Assembly: GCA_039794085.1 (NCBI GenBank)
Contig: JBDIWC010000082.1
Location: forward strand, 1 to 12,370
Reading direction: 5' to 3'
DNA from: Gemmatimonadales bacterium
GTDB lineage: Bacteria > Gemmatimonadota > Gemmatimonadetes > Gemmatimonadales > GWC2-71-9
DNA: 12,370 nt
Positions 8,440 through 12,370 of this stretch are shown piece by piece. Under the pieces are notes generated by a model. It was not told the origin of the DNA. It worked only from the letters and a program-made list of their open reading frames with translations, and made no database searches. Position numbers and translations under genes: made by a program. Position 1 is the stretch's first letter. Each line of letters starts with the position of its first letter.

Positions 8440-10215
8440 ATGACACGATGGCCCAACACCCGAACGCTCGCATGCTGGATCGCAGTTGGACTCCTGAGTC
8501 CGGTCGGCCTGCACTCCCAGACGGGTGGCAGCACTCCCTACCGTGATCACGCGGCCCTGCTCTCCGCGGTGGATGGCCTGCGCCGGGCCCATCCCCGCCT
8601 GATCGAGGTCTCCACCATCGCCACCTCGCCCGGCGGACGCGCCGTCCCCGCCATCCGGCTCGGGGCCGGGGCCACGGTGGATTCCCGGCCGGCCCTCCTG
8701 ATCGTGGCCAACGCCCACGGTCCGCATCTCCTCGGGTCGGCCATCGCCCTCGGTGCCCTGGAGCATCTCGCATCCGGCTACGGGAGCGACACCGCCATCA
8801 CCGCGCTTCTCGACCGGACCACGCTCTACGTGGTGCCTCGTCTCAATCCCGACGCCGCCGAGGCCTTGTTCGGAACCCCGCGCTGGGAGCGCAGGACCAA
8901 CGGCGCACCCGACGACGCCGACCACGACGGCGCCACCGACGAGGACGGTCCCCTCGACCTCAACGGCGACGGATTCATCACCGTCATGCGCATCGCTGAT
9001 CCCGCGGGCGAGTGGCGGCCCGATTCCCTGGAGCCACGCCTCATGCGCCGGGCCGATGCGGCGAAGGGGGAGACCGGAGGATGGAGCGTGCGGACCGAAT
9101 CGCGGGACCAGGATGGAGACGGGGTGGCCCTGGAAGACGGGCCTGGGGGCACCGACATCAATCTGAACTTTCCGCATGACTATCCCTGGTTCCGCGCCGG
9201 GGCCGGTCTCCATCCGGTTTCTTCACCCGAGGCCCGGGGCCTCGCGGAGTTCGTGGTGGCCCATCCGAACATTGCCGCGGCCTATGTGCTGGGGCCGCAG
9301 GACAATCTGATGTCGCCCTGGAAGCACCGCGCCGGTTCCGGCGGCGGAGCCCCCGAGGGGACCTCGCAGGGAGGACCCTACACCAGCGTCCTCTCCGCCG
9401 ACGAGGCCTGGTTCGGTGAGGTGTCGACCCGGTTCAAGAGGATCACCGGACTCACCGGCACACCGCCCGCGGAGGCCCTCGGCGGTGACGTCCTCACCTG
9501 GCTCTACTATCACATGGGACGATTCGCCTTCGGGTCCCGCGGCTGGTGGATTCCCGATACCCCCCCCCCCTCCGACAGCACGGCCCGCGGGGCAGGGGCT
9601 GCCCGCGCCGCGGGGGGAGTGGGGGGAGCGGGGGGAGCCGGCGGAGCGGGGGGAACTCCGAGCCCCGATCCGATGATCCAGGAACGGAAGACCGTGGCGT
9701 GGCTCGATGCTCACGACCCCACGGCTGTTCTGCCGAAGACCCCGATTCAGCACCCCGACTTCCCCGGTCAACTCGTGGAAGTCGGCGGGATGCGCCCCGG
9801 GGCCACGCTCAACCCGCCCGCGCCCTTTGCCGACAGTGCCGTCACTCAGCATACCCGCTTCATCACGGAACTCGCCGGGATGCTGCCGCAGGTGGCGTGG
9901 CGCGACGCCAGGGCCGAGTCGCTGGGCCGGAACGCCTGGCGGATCACGGCGCAGGTGGCCAACACCGGGTTCCTCCCCACCCGCGCCGCGATCGGTGAGC
10001 GCGCCCGCTGGCCGCGGCAGATCAAGGTCTCCCTCACCGGGAATGGCCTGGAAGTGGCCGGAGGCCGCGCGATTCAACTGCTCGGAACGATCCCCGGGAG
10101 CGGGCGAAGTGAGGAACTCTCCTGGGTGGTGACCGGGGCCTCGGGGACCACTGTCACGTTGCGCGCGGAGAGCCCCGTCGCGGGCACCGCCGTCACCACT
10201 CTCACCCTTCGCTAG
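8440..10215 (+). CDS. Secreted M14 metallocarboxypeptidase homologue with degenerate active site (probable pseudopeptidase), 591 aa
   Basis: Signal peptide ending around VGLHS-Q. M14 scaffold (IATSPGGR, RPALLIVAN, YVVPRLNPD, SSPEARGL, HPNI), DxDxDG loops and a C-terminal Ig-like domain. Catalytic motifs are altered (HGPH, NLNF, VLG, SRGW). ATG 8440 follows GGAG (8427-8430). Confidence 0.85.
   Translation: MTRWPNTRTLACWIAVGLLSPVGLHSQTGGSTPYRDHAALLSAVDGLRRAHPRLIEVSTIATSPGGRAVPAIRLGAGATVDSRPALLIVANAHGPHLLGSAIALGALEHLASGYGSDTAITALLDRTTLYVVPRLNPDAAEALFGTPRWERRTNGAPDDADHDGATDEDGPLDLNGDGFITVMRIADPAGEWRPDSLEPRLMRRADAAKGETGGWSVRTESRDQDGDGVALEDGPGGTDINLNFPHDYPWFRAGAGLHPVSSPEARGLAEFVVAHPNIAAAYVLGPQDNLMSPWKHRAGSGGGAPEGTSQGGPYTSVLSADEAWFGEVSTRFKRITGLTGTPPAEALGGDVLTWLYYHMGRFAFGSRGWWIPDTPPPSDSTARGAGAARAAGGVGGAGGAGGAGGTPSPDPMIQERKTVAWLDAHDPTAVLPKTPIQHPDFPGQLVEVGGMRPGATLNPPAPFADSAVTQHTRFITELAGMLPQVAWRDARAESLGRNAWRITAQVANTGFLPTRAAIGERARWPRQIKVSLTGNGLEVAGGRAIQLLGTIPGSGRSEELSWVVTGASGTTVTLRAESPVAGTAVTTLTLR
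9612..9653 (+). repeat. 9-bp G-rich tandem repeat encoding a GGA-type linker
   Basis: GGGGGGAGT GGGGGGAGC GGGGGGAGC CGGCGGAGC GGGGGG. Confidence 0.75.
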
Positions 10216-10227
10216 AGGAACCGGATC

Positions 10228-11979
10228 ATGCGTCTGCACTCCCTGACCGGGTCCTGGATGACCCTCGGCATCGTGGCTCTGCTCGCGGTGCCCCCCGTGA
10301 CGGCCCAGCAGCCCCTTGGCAACCTGGCCGCCGTGGGCGCACCGAAGGATCCCAAGGTGCCGGTGATGTGGGATCGGTACTATGACCACGCGGCGATCGG
10401 CGAGATCGGTCGCCGGCTCCAGGAGGCCCACCCGAACCGGTGCCGTCTCGGCTCGATCGGGAAGAGCACCGAGGGGCGGGAGCTCTGGCTCATCACCGTC
10501 TCCAACTTCACCGTGGGCGATCCCGACCGGAAGCCCGCGATGTACATCGACGGCAACATCCACTCCAACGAGATCCAGGGGACCGAGACCTCGCTCTATA
10601 CCGCCTGGTACCTCTGCGAGATGGCGGATCAGGTGCCGGCCCTCGACTCCCTGCTCAACGATCGCACCTTCTACATCATCCCCAGCATCAACCCCGATGG
10701 CCGGGAGGACTTCCTCAAACGGCCGAACTCTCCGCACTCACCGCGGGCCGGAATGGCGCCGCGGGACAATGATGGAGACGGGCTCATCGACGAGGACGGG
10801 TTCGAGGATCTGAATGGAGACGGGCACATCACCCTGATGCGGCGGCGGAATCCGAACGGCCGGATGATCACCTCCCCCGAGGATCCCCGGCTCATGGTGC
10901 CCGCGCTTCCCGATCAGCCCGGCGAGTGGGAGATCCTCGGCTTCGAGGGAATCGATCGGGATGGAGACGGGCGCGTCGGCGAGGATGGGCCGGCGGGCTC
11001 CTACGATCCCAACCGGAACTGGCCCTGGCGCTGGATGCCGCAGTATGTGCAGGGCGGCGCGGATCTCTATCCGACGTCTCTCGCCGAGACCCGTGCGGTC
11101 ATCGACTTCGTCACCCGCCATCCCAACATTGCGGGAGCGCAGACCTATCACAACTTTGGTGGAATGATCCTGCGCGGACCCGGAATGCGGCAGGACGAGT
11201 TCCGCCCCGCCGACGTCCGGGTGTTCGACCGGCTCGGCGAGGTGGGAGAGACCATTCTCCCCGGCTACAAGTACATGGTGGTATGGAAGGATCTCTACAC
11301 CGTCTGGGGCGGGGAACTCGACTGGTTCTACGGGGCCCGGGGGATCCTCACCTTTTCCAACGAGCTCTGGACTCCCTTCAAGTACTTCGAGCGCCCGCCG
11401 GAGAACAACCGGTACGATTCACCCGAATATGCCTTCGACCGGCTGCTCCTGTTCGGGGAGGCGATCGTGCCGTGGACCCGGGTGCAGCACCCCCAGTTCG
11501 GGGAGGTCGAGGTCGGCGGGGTGAAGAAGCAGTACACCCGTGCCGTCCCGGGATTCCTCCTCCAGGCGGAAAATCACCGGAACATGGCCTTCACCCTCTA
11601 CCAGGCGAGCCAGATGCCCCTGGTGCGGGTCGACTCGGTGGCGGTCCGCTCCCTGGGGCAGGGGTTGACCGAGGTGACGGCCATGGTGGGGAACAAGCGG
11701 CTCGCCCCGACCCACACCCAGCAGGACGTGGAGAACAAGATCAGCCGGCCCGACTGGATCTCGATCACCGGGGGTGAGGTGGTGGCCGGATTCGTGGTGG
11801 AAGGAGCCCCCCTGGGAACGGCCGTGGAGCAAAAGGCCCGACCGGAACGCCTCAAGGTGGCCAATATCCCCGGCATGAGCTCGGTGACGGTACGATGGGT
11901 GGTCCGGGGAAATGGGCCCTGGACCGTCACGGCCGACAGCCCGAAAGGTGGGATGGATAGCCGCCCGGTGCGCCGCTAG
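10228..11979 (+). CDS. Secreted M14-family zinc carboxypeptidase (583 aa)
   Basis: Signal peptide ending VTA-Q. IGKSTEGR, HSNE (HxxE, 10561-10572), INPDG, DPNRNWP, YHN (third Zn ligand), NELW (catalytic Glu 11362-11364) and DxDxDG loops. GAGGA RBS at 10215-10219. Confidence 0.92.
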   Translation: MRLHSLTGSWMTLGIVALLAVPPVTAQQPLGNLAAVGAPKDPKVPVMWDRYYDHAAIGEIGRRLQEAHPNRCRLGSIGKSTEGRELWLITVSNFTVGDPDRKPAMYIDGNIHSNEIQGTETSLYTAWYLCEMADQVPALDSLLNDRTFYIIPSINPDGREDFLKRPNSPHSPRAGMAPRDNDGDGLIDEDGFEDLNGDGHITLMRRRNPNGRMITSPEDPRLMVPALPDQPGEWEILGFEGIDRDGDGRVGEDGPAGSYDPNRNWPWRWMPQYVQGGADLYPTSLAETRAVIDFVTRHPNIAGAQTYHNFGGMILRGPGMRQDEFRPADVRVFDRLGEVGETILPGYKYMVVWKDLYTVWGGELDWFYGARGILTFSNELWTPFKYFERPPENNRYDSPEYAFDRLLLFGEAIVPWTRVQHPQFGEVEVGGVKKQYTRAVPGFLLQAENHRNMAFTLYQASQMPLVRVDSVAVRSLGQGLTEVTAMVGNKRLAPTHTQQDVENKISRPDWISITGGEVVAGFVVEGAPLGTAVEQKARPERLKVANIPGMSSVTVRWVVRGNGPWTVTADSPKGGMDSRPVRR

Positions 11980-12000
11980 GGTCGAATCTGGAAAGGGGGG

Positions 12001-12030
12001 TTGCGCTCCGGGGGGGTGATGTGGTACATT
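12001..12030 (+). promoter_or_regulatory. Putative sigma70-type promoter
   Basis: TTGCGC (12001-12006), 18-nt spacer, TACATT (12025-12030), with an extended -10 TG at 12022-12023. Confidence 0.6.
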
Positions 12031-12036
12031 GCTTGC

Positions 12037-12160
12037 TTGAGAGTGAGCAGCAAACAACTATAGCCTTCGGGCCCCGGAGCATCTTCGCAGTCCGGGTGAT
12101 GAATTCTGCGATGAGCCTGCGTCCCGGTCGGTGCAATGCACCCGACCGGGCGTCGTGTTT
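12037..12160 (+). ncRNA. Candidate small structured RNA or leader (unassigned family)
   Basis: Lies between the predicted promoter and a strong hairpin. Contains GCC-TTCG-GGC and an H-type pseudoknot (CCCGGA/TCCGGG plus TCGCAG/CTGCGA). The ends are estimates. Confidence 0.5.
12123..12160 (+). terminator. Terminator-like hairpin
   Basis: CCCGGTCGG-TGCAATGCAC-CCGACCGGG followed by CGTCGTGTTT. The U tract is weak. Confidence 0.45.
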
Positions 12161-12186
12161 CCGGCCCCCTTCAACACCTCACACCA

Positions 12187-12242
12187 GGTATTGGGTTCTG
12201 GGTATTGGGTATTGGGGTCCCAGCCTCCAACACCCGGTAACC
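12187..12242. repeat. Heptamer tandem repeat (GGTATTG) with degenerate inverted counterpart
   Basis: GGTATTG GGTTCTG GGTATTG GGTATTG at 12187-12214, followed by CCCAGCCTCCAACACCCGGTAACC, which can fold back on it. Confidence 0.75.
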
Positions 12243-12370
12243 CACATCACTACTGTCCGGTTAGAAGTCGAAGAGTGACAATTGGTTACGGTTGGGGGTC
12301 GTGTCCGAAGTGTGGGGGGACCCCGAAAAAGCCTGTGCCAACGGCACTTTTTCGAAGGCGCAGACGCTGA

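Noticed and set aside
9223..10737. 504-aa antisense ORF across the M14 genes, and other short off-frame ORFs
   Set aside because: Fully overlap confident genes. Arg/Gly/Pro-rich composition is typical of non-coding frames.
12047..12075. tmRNA tag-like reading (AANNYSLRA)
   Set aside because: No stop codon follows and there is no tRNA-like domain.
12095..12110. GGTGATGAATTCTGC resembles the 3' end of a fluoride riboswitch or the SAM-II L3 region
   Set aside because: The required 5' partner sequence and conserved ligand-binding nucleotides are absent.
12216..12228. GGTCCCAGCCTCC matches part of the HDV ribozyme
   Set aside because: The flanks cannot form P1, P3 or P4. The match is explained by the heptamer fold-back and chance.
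12021..12370. ORFs 12021-12278 and 12131-12370
   Set aside because: No RBS. They run through hairpins and heptamer repeats and have no recognisable product.

Overview
GC-rich bacterial chromosomal window with seven protein-coding genes, all on the + strand: clpB, a CBM48/GH13 alpha-glucan enzyme (GlgB/TreZ-like), a membrane-anchored alpha/beta hydrolase, a 6-bladed beta-propeller lipoprotein, tadA, and two tandem secreted M14-family zinc carboxypeptidase paralogues. Gene content suggests a Gemmatimonadota-like organism (inference only). Four things stand out. (1) The M14 pair is asymmetric: the first copy has lost the Zn-ligand Glu, the third Zn-ligand His, the NR Arg and the catalytic Glu, while the second is intact, which suggests an enzyme/pseudoenzyme module with DxDxDG Ca-binding inserts. 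(2) There is a candidate ~125-nt structured RNA at ~12037-12160 with its own sigma70-type promoter, a cUUCGg hairpin, an H-type pseudoknot and a terminator-like hairpin. (3) A 40-bp AT-rich element occurs twice, at 76-115 and 6307-6346. (4) A ~900-bp intergenic region is a mosaic of REP-like palindromes and short tandem repeats. No rRNA, tRNA, CRISPR array or transposase was seen.
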